Part shown: positions 9,845 through 18,560 of the stretch, piece after piece | Layout of the letters: every line of letters starts with the position of its first letter | Position numbering within the stretch: the stretch's first letter is position 1 | NCBI RefSeq assembly: GCF_000017945.1 | Contig: NC_009776.1 | Location: forward strand, 360,001 to 392,000 | Direction of reading: 5' to 3' | DNA length: 32,000 bases | From: Ignicoccus hospitalis KIN4/I | GTDB lineage: Archaea > Thermoproteota > Thermoprotei_A > Sulfolobales > Ignicoccaceae | Translations under genes and position numbers: made by a program | The notes under the pieces: generated by a model | What the model was told of the DNA's origin: nothing | Database searches by the model: none | The model's input: the letters and a program-made list of their open reading frames with translations, nothing else

Positions 9845-12800
9845 AGGCCCTCAAGGTGTTGTTGAAGGCCCCCCAGAAGTCCGACTTGGCCAGCTCCATA
9901 GCCTCCTCCAGCCTCCGCGTGTATTCTGCTTCCGCCAGCTCCGGGAAGTTCCGCTCCACGTACTCCGCGACCGCGACCCCCTTCTTGGTGCTGACCACGT
10001 AGTTGTTGGGCGTTATCACCACATAACCGTGCCTCCTCAAGTTTTCGACAGTCTTCGCGTAGGTGCTCGGCCTGCCCACCCCGCGCTCCTTCATCCACCT
10101 TATCACTTCGAACACCTTGGGCAGCTGCACCAGCGAGGCCCTCCTCACCTCGGAAGATACCACCTTAGCCACCTTTTCCAACTTAATATCCTTAGTCTTG
10201 ATGTTCCAGACCGAGGTCCAGCCCGGCTCCAAGATCTCCGCGACCCACGCGCTCTCGACCCTCTTCCCCGCCACCTCGTACACTACCTTGACCTTCCTGA
10301 CCTTCGCCTCCTTCATCTGGCTTGCCATAAACCTCCTAAATATCATGTCGTAGAGCCTGAGCGCCTCGAAACTCATCCCGTTGAGGGCGAAGTCGAGCTT
10401 GAGGTCCTCCGCGCTCAGCGGCCTCGTGGGCCTTATCGCCTCGTGGGCCCCTCCCTCCCCCCACCTCCTGGGCGCGAACAAGCCCTCGAACTTGGAGGTT
10501 ATCCACTCCCTCGCCACCGCTATGCCCGCGTCCGACACCCTGGTGGAGTCCGTCCTGTGGTAAGTTATGAACCCCATCTCGAACAAGTCTTGGGCTACCC
10601 TCATAGCTCTCGAGGGGTCCAGCCCCAGCTTGGAGGCGTCCTCGAGCATGGTGTCTGTGGTGTAGGGGGGCAAGGGCTTGAGCTCCTCTACCTCCTCCTC
10701 TACCTTGAGTATTTTGACCTCTTCGACGGAGGCCAACTTTAAAGCTTCTTCCTTAGTCTTCACGAACAGCCTCAAGGTGTCCCCGTTGGACAAGTGAAGG
10801 GTCACCGAGTAGCCCGCGGAGGCCTTCCTGGCCTTGGCCCTCTCTACCACGAACTTGAGCACGGGGCCTTGGACCCTCCCGAGCCCGTGGTTGGGGTCGC
10901 CGAAGGCGGCCTTCAACCTCTCGCTCACCGCGAAGCCCACCAGCCTGTCGTCCAACCTCCTAACGATTTGCGACCTAACCGTTCCTTCGTCAACGGTAGT
11001 TAGGAAGGAGAGGGCCTCGTGGAGGCCCCTCAAGGTGACCTCGTAGTATTTCATCCTTTTTATGTTGCTGTTGAAGGGGTATATCATAGCCATGACGTCC
11101 CAAGCTATCTTCTCCCCCTCCTCGTCCGGGTCGGTGGCCAAGTAGACCTCGTCCACAACCGTCGCGAGCCTCCTCAAGGCCTCCACCACCTTAGAGGAGC
11201 TCTCCGCCGGGAGGCCGCACTTGGGGCACCTAGGGTCGGAGGAGGCCCAAGCGAGGTTGCACCTCCTACATCGGTTTATCGGGGCGTAGTAGACCCTCAC
11301 CGGCTCCCCCAGCTCTACGCCGTAAGTGCCTACCTCGTCCAAGGTGACGTCGAACAAGTGGCCCTTGGTAGCCACTATGAAGGCGAAGAGCGCCTCCCCT
11401 CCGAACTCGTGCACTGCTAAGTGGGCGGCCACCCCTCCGACCTCTACCTTCCCCCCTCCGCCCATTATCCTAGCAAAGGTCTTAGCCTTAGTTGGCGACT
11501 CTACGACGATTAGCACGTTTTTAGCTTTCACAGGCTTTGGCCCCTTCGGCGTAACTAGCTCTTCCTTGAACTCCACCCGGTCTTTCAAGCTTTCTTCAAA
11601 AGCTTTCATCAAGTCCTCGTCGTCGTAGACCACCACGCTGACCCCGTGGGTCATCCCCTTGGGGGTGAGGCGGGAGGTCCTCCCGGAGGCTTGGAGGTAG
11701 GTCTTGGGGTCCAGCAAGAATACCTTCCCGTCCTTCACCACGAACCCCTTGTCCACTACCTTCTCTCCCTTCAACCTTTCCAAGACCTTGCCCTTCATCT
11801 CCTTTAAGGCAGAGAGCGCGTCTCCCAAGAACCCCTCCAGCTCTCCCCCCTCTTCCATGGCCCTCCTGAGGAGGGCTAGCTCCACCTCGCTCAGCTTGGA
11901 CAACATCTTGAACAGTTTGACCGTATCCTCCTTCATTTCCAACTTCTTCATTACCCTTAACAAGGTGAGCGGGTTGTTCAAGCCCCTCTCCAAGTCGAAC
12001 TTTTTGAAGGGGGGCCTGACGAAGACGGCGAACCTTATCACGTCTGGCATGTCTATGCCCCTCGCCGCCACGCCGTACCTAGAGGAGTACGCCACCACCG
12101 CGTCCAGCTCCCCCTTCTCCAACTTCTTCAAGGCTTTCAGCTTCCCGGACTTGACCACCTCCGCCGCTACGCCCCTCTCCCTCAGAGCCCTCTCCACCTC
12201 CTCTATCGGAAACCCCTCGTGCACGAACACTATCCCCTTGAGCCCCTCGGAGGTGAAGTACCGGACCACCTCCGCCGCCCCCTCGACGGGGTCCTCGTGG
12301 AACATCTTGACGTCGTCCACGTACCTAATCGCCGGCGGGGCGCTGGCCGGGGAGAGGCCGAGCAGAGAGAGGATGAGTTTGGCCGTTAAGCTGCCCCCGC
12401 CGGCGGTGGCGGAGGCCATTATTACTTGCGAGCCCTTCTTGTCCTTTAGCCTCTCAAGCTCTCCTTTCAGCTCCTCGTAGCGCCCCCTCCGGCCCTCGTC
12501 CGATAAACCCTTCTTTATTATATCAACCATCTCGTTAACTATCGGTACAGCCTCCTCCAAACCCAAGGCGATTATAAGGGCAGTCGCGCTTTTGGGCGAC
12601 TTCATTACGGAGTCCACGTCGTCGAATATGTAAACGTCGTAGCCCCGGTAGGCCCTCGGGTCGCGCACGAGCCTCCTCATGGTTATTACGTCCACCTCCT
12701 CCGCCAGCCTCTCCTTAACTTGCTCCTCCAAGCTCTTGGAGGGGACTACGTAGAGCACCCTCTTCCCTTTCCTCTTTAAGAACGAGGAGAGGGCGGCGAG

Positions 12801-13079
12801 GAAGGTGCTCTTCCCGGTGCCGGTGGGGGCTAGGAGGACCGCGTCGGAGCCGCTCAGGGCCAGCTTGGCCCAAGCCCTCTGGGGCCCCCACAGCTCGAAC
12901 CCGTAAGCCTTCTTGAAGAAGTTAGCAAAGGCCTCGTACTCCTCCTCCAAGACTTCCTTCCAAGCGAGCAGCCCCCGGGGCTCGGAACACTTGGAACAAG
13001 GGAGGCCCGCTAGGAGCCTCTCCCTCTCCACGTCCCCTCCGCACGAAGGGCAAGAGCGCTGGTAGACGGCCTCTATCAT
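9816..13079 (-). CDS. rgy: Reverse gyrase
   Basis: 1087 aa; N-terminal zinc finger CPSCGGD...CSKC; Walker A APTGTGKST; FDDVDS; second zinc finger CRRCNLAWASSDPRCPKCG; Toprim VVESPTKAKTFARI; topoisomerase IA active site ITYHRTDSTRVS. Confidence 0.97.
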   Translation of the reverse strand: MIEAVYQRSCPSCGGDVERERLLAGLPCSKCSEPRGLLAWKEVLEEEYEAFANFFKKAYGFELWGPQRAWAKLALSGSDAVLLAPTGTGKSTFLAALSSFLKRKGKRVLYVVPSKSLEEQVKERLAEEVDVITMRRLVRDPRAYRGYDVYIFDDVDSVMKSPKSATALIIALGLEEAVPIVNEMVDIIKKGLSDEGRRGRYEELKGELERLKDKKGSQVIMASATAGGGSLTAKLILSLLGLSPASAPPAIRYVDDVKMFHEDPVEGAAEVVRYFTSEGLKGIVFVHEGFPIEEVERALRERGVAAEVVKSGKLKALKKLEKGELDAVVAYSSRYGVAARGIDMPDVIRFAVFVRPPFKKFDLERGLNNPLTLLRVMKKLEMKEDTVKLFKMLSKLSEVELALLRRAMEEGGELEGFLGDALSALKEMKGKVLERLKGEKVVDKGFVVKDGKVFLLDPKTYLQASGRTSRLTPKGMTHGVSVVVYDDEDLMKAFEESLKDRVEFKEELVTPKGPKPVKAKNVLIVVESPTKAKTFARIMGGGGKVEVGGVAAHLAVHEFGGEALFAFIVATKGHLFDVTLDEVGTYGVELGEPVRVYYAPINRCRRCNLAWASSDPRCPKCGLPAESSSKVVEALRRLATVVDEVYLATDPDEEGEKIAWDVMAMIYPFNSNIKRMKYYEVTLRGLHEALSFLTTVDEGTVRSQIVRRLDDRLVGFAVSERLKAAFGDPNHGLGRVQGPVLKFVVERAKARKASAGYSVTLHLSNGDTLRLFVKTKEEALKLASVEEVKILKVEEEVEELKPLPPYTTDTMLEDASKLGLDPSRAMRVAQDLFEMGFITYHRTDSTRVSDAGIAVAREWITSKFEGLFAPRRWGEGGAHEAIRPTRPLSAEDLKLDFALNGMSFEALRLYDMIFRRFMASQMKEAKVRKVKVVYEVAGKRVESAWVAEILEPGWTSVWNIKTKDIKLEKVAKVVSSEVRRASLVQLPKVFEVIRWMKERGVGRPSTYAKTVENLRRHGYVVITPNNYVVSTKKGVAVAEYVERNFPELAEAEYTRRLEEAMELAKSDFWGAFNNTLRAFRALASLES

Positions 13080-13138
13080 TCGTAGCCCGGCGCATTTGTA
13101 GCGCTCGAGGGGCTAGCTTTTGGCCGGGAGGCCGGGTA

Positions 13139-14701
13139 TTACTCCAAAATGCCCTCCGGCAAGGCCGTTTCCACCTTCTCCCGGAGCTCCTCCGCTATGG
13201 CGTTAGCCTCCCTCACTATCTTTATGACGCTCTCCACGTCCCCCTCCGCCGCCTTCTGGCGGGCGAGCTCCTTGAGCTCTGAGAGCCGGGAGACCTTCTG
13301 GTAGACCTCCTCGCAGTCGCCGACGAGGAACAAGTAAACTACCACCTCCCCCGGGGGCGGCAAGCTTATCCCCAGCTCCTCCTCCGCGTCCCACACGTCC
13401 TTCATCTTCTTGTACGTTTTGATGGCACACTTGACGAGTTCCAGTGCCCTTTCGCAGCCCATCTGCTCGGCCAAGTGGACGGAGGTCGGCACTTGGGCGG
13501 CGAGTAAGTCGGCGCTAGCTATGTCGAACAGCTTCTCCAGCTCTTCAGAGAGCTTAACGATGCACGTGGCGTTGTTAACTATTGTGTCCAGCCACCTTTC
13601 GAACCTCTCGCAGCCGCCCTTTAGGACCTCCACCACGTCCTCTAAGGTAATTATGTTCCTAATTACCTTCCTCAAGTCTGTTATCCTCTTCTGCAGACAA
13701 ACCAATAACTCCGGCATCTTCTCCCCTAACTGTTTCAGCGCGTAGAACTCATCCACGTTCACGTCTGGAGCCAACATCCCTATGGTGCGCCACAAGGCCT
13801 TCTCCAAGGCCTCGCAAACCACCTTACCTTCCTTGATGCACTTGCTCGCCTTCACAAGCTCCTCGACGACCTTGCCGGCCTTGGGGGTCGCCACGGTCTC
13901 CAGCTCCCCGTTTTCCAGTACTACCACCACCTCGATGGAGGTGGGCGAGTAGTCCAGCGAGGTAGGGGTGCCCTCGAGGTCTACCGAGCTTACCTCGGAG
14001 CCCAACTGGTTCAAGAAGGCGAGTCGCTTCTCCGAGCTTATTGACACTACTATCTCGTCCCCCTTGGGGTTCCACATCAAGTCAGAGACGTTCTTGTACT
14101 TCGCTAACACCTTGAACTCGAATGTCTCATCCTTAGTATTTATAGAATAGATGTGACCGCTGGCGTCGGAGGCCAACAAGAAGGGGCCCCAGGAGAGGCC
14201 AGTAATTATGGACTGGAAGTCTGCGCTCCAGATCACTTTGCCCTTGTTCAAATCAAAAATTAACAGCCTCCCATCCTTGCTCCCCAAGGCGACGAACTCG
14301 CCCTTGCCGGCCACCCTCCAAACGGAGTACCCCACGTTGAATATTTCAATTCCTTTACCCTCTATCTTGGCCAACCAGCCCTCCCCTACGGCGAGCACCT
14401 TCTTGTCCTTGGTCTCCACCATGTGCTCCACTTGTGAGGGGACTTCGAAGGAGTACTTCTTCTCCAAGTTCCTGTCCAAAACAATTATTTTATCTTCCGT
14501 GCCCAAGTATAAAGTTCCTTGGGAAGACCAGAGGACCGAGTGCACGGGAGGCTCGGGCTTGTCCAGCACTATTTTGCCCTCGTGGGGCTCCACTATTTGA
14601 AATCCCTTGCTCCCCAAGGCGGTCGCTATGTACTTCGGCCCCCAGCTGACGTCCTCAGGCGGCGTTAACAAGCGAACTTTCAGCCTCTTAACGCTCATCA
14701 C
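13139..14701 (-). CDS. Beta-propeller (WD40-like) N-terminal domain plus helical C-terminal region, function unknown; likely start 14701 (GTG) or 14698 (ATG)
   Basis: Repeated blade-like segments (ALGSKDGRLLIFDLNKGKVIWSADF, LLASDASGHIYSINTKDETFEF, LMWNPKGDEIVVSISSEKRLAFLN), then a Cys-containing helical region. TTTTAAAA TATA-like sequence at 14717-14724 upstream on this strand. Confidence 0.65.
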   Translation of the reverse strand: MMSVKRLKVRLLTPPEDVSWGPKYIATALGSKGFQIVEPHEGKIVLDKPEPPVHSVLWSSQGTLYLGTEDKIIVLDRNLEKKYSFEVPSQVEHMVETKDKKVLAVGEGWLAKIEGKGIEIFNVGYSVWRVAGKGEFVALGSKDGRLLIFDLNKGKVIWSADFQSIITGLSWGPFLLASDASGHIYSINTKDETFEFKVLAKYKNVSDLMWNPKGDEIVVSISSEKRLAFLNQLGSEVSSVDLEGTPTSLDYSPTSIEVVVVLENGELETVATPKAGKVVEELVKASKCIKEGKVVCEALEKALWRTIGMLAPDVNVDEFYALKQLGEKMPELLVCLQKRITDLRKVIRNIITLEDVVEVLKGGCERFERWLDTIVNNATCIVKLSEELEKLFDIASADLLAAQVPTSVHLAEQMGCERALELVKCAIKTYKKMKDVWDAEEELGISLPPPGEVVVYLFLVGDCEEVYQKVSRLSELKELARQKAAEGDVESVIKIVREANAIAEELREKVETALPEGILE

Positions 14702-14747
14702 TCTCGCGGTGTTACCTTTTAAAACTAGTTAATACGAGTGACGGAAC

Positions 14748-14798
14748 CCCCGCCCTCACACCCGCCGGAGGCCGCTCGGGCGGGCGGTGACGGCGGGG
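14748..14798. other. GC-rich intergenic hairpin (possible structured RNA or 3' end element)
   Basis: Arms CCCCGCC(14748-54)/GGCGGGG(14792-98), TCAC(56-59)/GTGA(87-90), CCCGCC(61-66)/GGCGGG(79-84): 17 bp interrupted by one mismatch and one small internal loop. Confidence 0.5.
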
Positions 14799-14816
14799 CG
14801 GTCGCGGGGGGACACG

Positions 14817-15605
14817 CTAGAGCTTGTTGACGTGCTTGTCCAAGCCGAGCTCCTTCTCCGAAAGCCCCATCGCGTAGCCCACGAGCTGGTGGAGGTGCCA
14901 GACCGGCACCCCCTTCTGGGAGGTGTCCAGCTGGTACTGGCAGAAGGGGCACAAGGTAACTATCACGTCCGCCCCCGCGCTCTCGCTGACAACCTTCCTA
15001 GCCAAGTCCGTCGCCACCTTCTTGTCGTAAGTCATTAAGGGGAAGCCGCAGCAAGTGTCCACCCTCCTCGCCACCTCCGCCCCTGTCCTCTTGACCACCT
15101 CTTCCATCATTTTGAAAACGTCCTTACCCTGGTAGAAGTTGTAGAACTTCTTCGCGCCGCAGCCGGGGTACAAGGAGACCCTAAGGTTGTACAAGGGCCT
15201 CTTCACGTGCTCCTCCTTGAAGTTCTCCAACAGCAAGTCGAGTATGTGGAGCAGCTTCACGTCTATGTTGAACTTCAAGTGTTTGCTTTCTAACAAGTCC
15301 TTTACCTCCTCTCTCAAGGGTTCTTCCTTCATCATCCTCCCCTTCCAGAACATCAGCTGGGCCGCGCATATCCCGCAAGCGGTGAAGACGCTGCTGCAAC
15401 CTTGCTCCTTCGCGAGGCTCAAGTTAGAGGCCACCAGCACGGCGGTCCCCAACGGGGAGGCGTCCTCCACGACCCCGGTGCCGCAGCACACCCAGCCCTC
15501 TATCTCCTTGTACTCCACCCCCAACGCCTTCAACACGTTTCTGGTAGCAATTTCCATGTCTTCGCCTATACCCCTAGTGCTACAGCCGGGATAGTGGCAA
15601 AGCAA
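14817..15605 (-). CDS. hdrB: Heterodisulfide reductase subunit B-like CCG-domain protein (ORF open to 15629; TTG at 15605 is a likely start)
   Basis: YPGCSTRG, two Cys-rich segments (WVCCGTG...CSSVFTACGIC; CCGFPLMTYD...VTLCPFCQYQLD), SLYPGCGAKKFYNF. Confidence 0.85.
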   Translation of the reverse strand: MLCHYPGCSTRGIGEDMEIATRNVLKALGVEYKEIEGWVCCGTGVVEDASPLGTAVLVASNLSLAKEQGCSSVFTACGICAAQLMFWKGRMMKEEPLREEVKDLLESKHLKFNIDVKLLHILDLLLENFKEEHVKRPLYNLRVSLYPGCGAKKFYNFYQGKDVFKMMEEVVKRTGAEVARRVDTCCGFPLMTYDKKVATDLARKVVSESAGADVIVTLCPFCQYQLDTSQKGVPVWHLHQLVGYAMGLSEKELGLDKHVNKL

Positions 15606-15630
15606 GGCCTTCCCTTCACGCGACGGCAAG

Positions 15631-15642
15631 TTTAATATTAAA
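15631..15642. promoter_or_regulatory. Perfect palindromic TATA-like element TTTAATATTAAA between divergent genes
   Basis: 12-bp self-complementary AT block centred about 31 nt from TTG 15605 (minus) and about 34 nt from ATG 15671 (plus), consistent with leaderless archaeal promoters in both directions. Confidence 0.6.
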
Positions 15643-15670
15643 TTCCTTTGTTGTTCCGACGGTCTCGTGG

Positions 15671-16345
15671 ATGCGGGAGCTAAGGGAGAGGCTGCTCTCG
15701 GGGGCGCCGTTCATGCTCTTCGACTTCCCCGGGAGGGAGGAGGAGGTGGACTTGGTCTATTACGCTCCGGCCGTAACCGCGGCCAGCGTTTACAACTTAA
15801 GGACCTTGGCCGGCGGGCTGATCTGCTTCGCCACAACTGAGGAGGTGGGCTCCGCCTTAGGGCTGGAGAAGGCTTGGAAGACTCTGTCCAAGCAAGGCTA
15901 CTCCAAGCTAGTCAAGAAGCCCAAGTACGGCGACTACCCGGCGTTCTCCGTGTGGGTGAACCACGTGGACGTCAGAACCGGAATAAGCGACGAGGACAGG
16001 GCTTTAACGATAAGGAAGCTCGCGGAGGTGGCGGAGCTGGCCTTGAGCGACCCGGAGGAGGCCAAGAGGAGGTTCGAGGAGGAGTTCTACGCCCCCGGCC
16101 ACGTGCCGGTCCTCTTGGCCTCCAAGCTGGAGGAGAGGAGGGGCCACACGGAGCTGAGCGTGAGGCTGCTGGAGGCCTTAAGGCTGACGCCCGCGGCGGC
16201 CTTCGCGGAGATGTTGGACTACGGGAGGTCGATGAGCTTGAGGAGGGCGGAGGAGCTCTCGAGGTCCTTGGGGATACCTCTCATTAAGGGGGAAGAGGTG
16301 TTGGCCTTTCTGGGGATGAGGAGTGACTCCAATGTTGAGCGGTGA
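15671..16345 (+). CDS. ribB: 3,4-dihydroxy-2-butanone 4-phosphate synthase-like
   Basis: PFMLFDFPGREEEVDLVYYA, GGLICFAT, VWVNHVDVRTGISDEDRALTIRKLAE, PGHVPVLLASKLEERRGHTELSVRLLEALRLTPAAAFAEML. Confidence 0.85.
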   Translation: MRELRERLLSGAPFMLFDFPGREEEVDLVYYAPAVTAASVYNLRTLAGGLICFATTEEVGSALGLEKAWKTLSKQGYSKLVKKPKYGDYPAFSVWVNHVDVRTGISDEDRALTIRKLAEVAELALSDPEEAKRRFEEEFYAPGHVPVLLASKLEERRGHTELSVRLLEALRLTPAAAFAEMLDYGRSMSLRRAEELSRSLGIPLIKGEEVLAFLGMRSDSNVER

Positions 16346-16358
16346 GAGCCTTTCGCCC

Positions 16359-16637
16359 CTACTGACCCGCGAGGGGCGCGCTGAGCTCCCTTTCAAGGAG
16401 CACCTTAATGTCGTCCTTATGTACCCTCATCAAGTGTAAGTAGAACCCCCTCTTGGTGAAGCTCCCCTTGGCGCATATGGCGCAGTAAACCAAGCCCTTC
16501 CTCTCCTCCCTCACCATCTCGGCCACCCTCTTGGCGGCCTCCAGCTCCTCTTGGGAGACCCCTTCCAACAACTCTTCCCTTATCCTCATCCTACTTGCAA
16601 TTCTTATGGCTATATCCGCTAACCTGTCCAGATCCAT
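16359..16637 (-). CDS. Small protein with a C2H2-type zinc finger
   Basis: 92-aa ORF; CAICAKGSFTKRGFYLHLMRVH fits C-x2-C-x12-H-x4-H. Confidence 0.6.
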   Translation of the reverse strand: MDLDRLADIAIRIASRMRIREELLEGVSQEELEAAKRVAEMVREERKGLVYCAICAKGSFTKRGFYLHLMRVHKDDIKVLLERELSAPLAGQ

Positions 16638-16705
16638 CGGCGCACCCGGTGTGGTGTAGGATACGCAAAACTTATTAGGGGCAGATCCCGTTAATACCTC
16701 TCGAA

Positions 16706-17368
16706 TTATAGAAGGCCCTCCTCGACGACCCTCCTCCTAAAGGCCTTGTTCGTCTTGGCCAGCTCGTGAATGGCCTCCTCCGCCGGGCCCCAGAACTTGA
16801 ACTCCAGGAAGACCCCCGTGCGCCCCTTTTCCCTCCTCTTGGTGAGCAGCCTGACCCTCTCCTTCACAGTCTCCGCGCTTATGCCCAAGACCTTAGCGAC
16901 GTGTTCTTCCCTACCTATGACTGGCTCCTCCTCGTGGCCGTAGGGGGTGGGGACGATGAGGAGGAGGTCCTTGTTCACCCCCGGCACCCTCTTGCCCTCC
17001 TTGAGCCCCTTCAAGTCCAGCTCGCCCCCGAAGGCGTAGAACTCCCTCTCCTTAGTGGTCAACTTCCCCAAGGGGAAAGAAACGACCACCTCCTCTTTCT
17101 CGTCCAAGGCCAAGTAGACCTTCGGGGTGCTCCGGGGGGTTGCCATAATTATGTATCCGTGGGACTTGGAGAAGCCCAAGGCCGCCTCCACCTTGTACGG
17201 CTCCACGGGGAAGAGTATGGCCACGTCCACGTCGCTGTCCTCGTTCACGTCCCCCCTCGCGACGGAGCCGTGGACCACGGGGGAGAAGGGGGCCAACCTC
17301 TCCATAACTCTAATCGCCTTCTCCCTCTTCCTCCTCAAGAGCTCCCAGCGGGCCCCGTCGTACTCCAA
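16706..17368 (-). CDS. MNT-type nucleotidyltransferase domain protein
   Basis: VVHGSVARGDVNEDSDVDVAILFP matches the G-S-x-A-R-G-x8-D-x-D nucleotidyltransferase motif. Confidence 0.75.
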   Translation of the reverse strand: MEYDGARWELLRRKREKAIRVMERLAPFSPVVHGSVARGDVNEDSDVDVAILFPVEPYKVEAALGFSKSHGYIIMATPRSTPKVYLALDEKEEVVVSFPLGKLTTKEREFYAFGGELDLKGLKEGKRVPGVNKDLLLIVPTPYGHEEEPVIGREEHVAKVLGISAETVKERVRLLTKRREKGRTGVFLEFKFWGPAEEAIHELAKTNKAFRRRVVEEGLL

Positions 17369-18560
17369 GGACCGCCCCCCTCAGCTCTTCTATCCTCTTT
17401 GTTAGGTACTCCTTTAACTCTTCGGGGTCCGCCCCCCTCTCGAGGCCCTCCACGGCCCTCTTCGAGTGCGTGTAGGGGGCCTCTCTGAAGGCCGGCTCCA
17501 GCTCCTCGCCCTCCAAGTACACTCCCTCCCCGGCCTCCACCTCCCCGACCTTGACGAAGGGGAGCTCGCAGCCCCTCTCCGCCACGAACACTACTGAGTC
17601 CACGCTGGTCCTCAAGGGGTCTATCCCGTCCTCCTCGAAAGCCTTCAGTAGCTCCGGGTGGACGGCCTCATAGACGCTCTTCCACAACACCACCTTTACT
17701 CCGAGCTTCCTCGAGATCTCGAAGGCGTCGAGCGCTATGCCGCCGTTCGTCCAGTCGAAGGCCCCCTTTACGCACTCCACCTCCATTGCCCTTTTAATGT
17801 CGTAAACGAAGTCGACGTTTAAGGTTAACTTCACGAGCTCCGGCCTGCCGTGGGTGAGGGCGTAAGCAGTTACTGTGCCCCCGCCCTTGCCTACGGTTGC
17901 GTAGAGCTCGTCCCCGGGGGAGGCGTTGAAGCGGGACCAGTCCCTAACCTTCCTCCCCACCGCGAAGGCGCCGCCGGTGACCCTATTGCCTATGACGGCG
18001 TCTCCCCCTATCCTCAAGGTGCTCCCGCCAACCAAGGGGGCGCCGGTGAGCTCGCCGGCCACGTATGCCCCCGCGGTTACGTCCAGCAAGTAGGCCACGT
18101 CCGTGTCGTCGGCGACGTGCACGTCTATCAAGCTGGCAACCGGCGCCCCGCCCGAGACCATTACGTCCCTGACCGCAGCCCTCACCGCGTGGAAGCCCAT
18201 GAGCAGGGGGACGGAGCTCAAGCGCGAGTGGAAGCCGTCCACGGCGAGCACTAGGTCCCCCACCCGGGCCGCGTCGCCCCCGCCGGAGAGGGAGGTCAAT
18301 GCCTCGTGGACCGCCCAGTCCCCCAGCCCCCTGCTCCCGACCCCTCCTTCCCCGGCCCTCACCCCCAAGGGGGAGGGGGCGTAGGGGCCGGAGTTGGAGA
18401 GGACTTGGACCGCGTCCTCGTAGAGGCCCTCGGCGAGCTTTAGGGCCCTCTCCAAGCTTAGGCCCTTCCTAACGGTGAGGAAGGGGAGGACCAAGCTGAT
18501 TATCTGGTCCTTGTTCAAGCCTTTCTCTAATAAGAACTTGATCGCGTCCTCTAGGTCCAA
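17310..18560 (-). CDS. AIR synthase-related (PurM/HypE/SelD superfamily) protein
   Basis: GDLVLAVDGFHSRL...HAVRAAVRDVMVSGGAPVASLIDVHVADD...VGGSTLRIGG; no selenocysteine/cysteine signature of a true SelD seen. Confidence 0.65.
   Translation of the reverse strand: MDLEDAIKFLLEKGLNKDQIISLVLPFLTVRKGLSLERALKLAEGLYEDAVQVLSNSGPYAPSPLGVRAGEGGVGSRGLGDWAVHEALTSLSGGGDAARVGDLVLAVDGFHSRLSSVPLLMGFHAVRAAVRDVMVSGGAPVASLIDVHVADDTDVAYLLDVTAGAYVAGELTGAPLVGGSTLRIGGDAVIGNRVTGGAFAVGRKVRDWSRFNASPGDELYATVGKGGGTVTAYALTHGRPELVKLTLNVDFVYDIKRAMEVECVKGAFDWTNGGIALDAFEISRKLGVKVVLWKSVYEAVHPELLKAFEEDGIDPLRTSVDSVVFVAERGCELPFVKVGEVEAGEGVYLEGEELEPAFREAPYTHSKRAVEGLERGADPEELKEYLTKRIEELRGAVLGVRRGPLGALEEEEGEGD

Noticed and set aside
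11019-12480. Long plus-strand ORFs 11019..11420, 11326..11628 and 11704..12480
   Set aside because: All antisense within reverse gyrase; Pro/Ser/His-rich shadow ORFs typical of GC-rich coding DNA.
16766-18254. Plus-strand ORFs 16766..17488 and 17850..18254
   Set aside because: Antisense to the nucleotidyltransferase and AIR-synthase-like genes; composition is non-protein-like.
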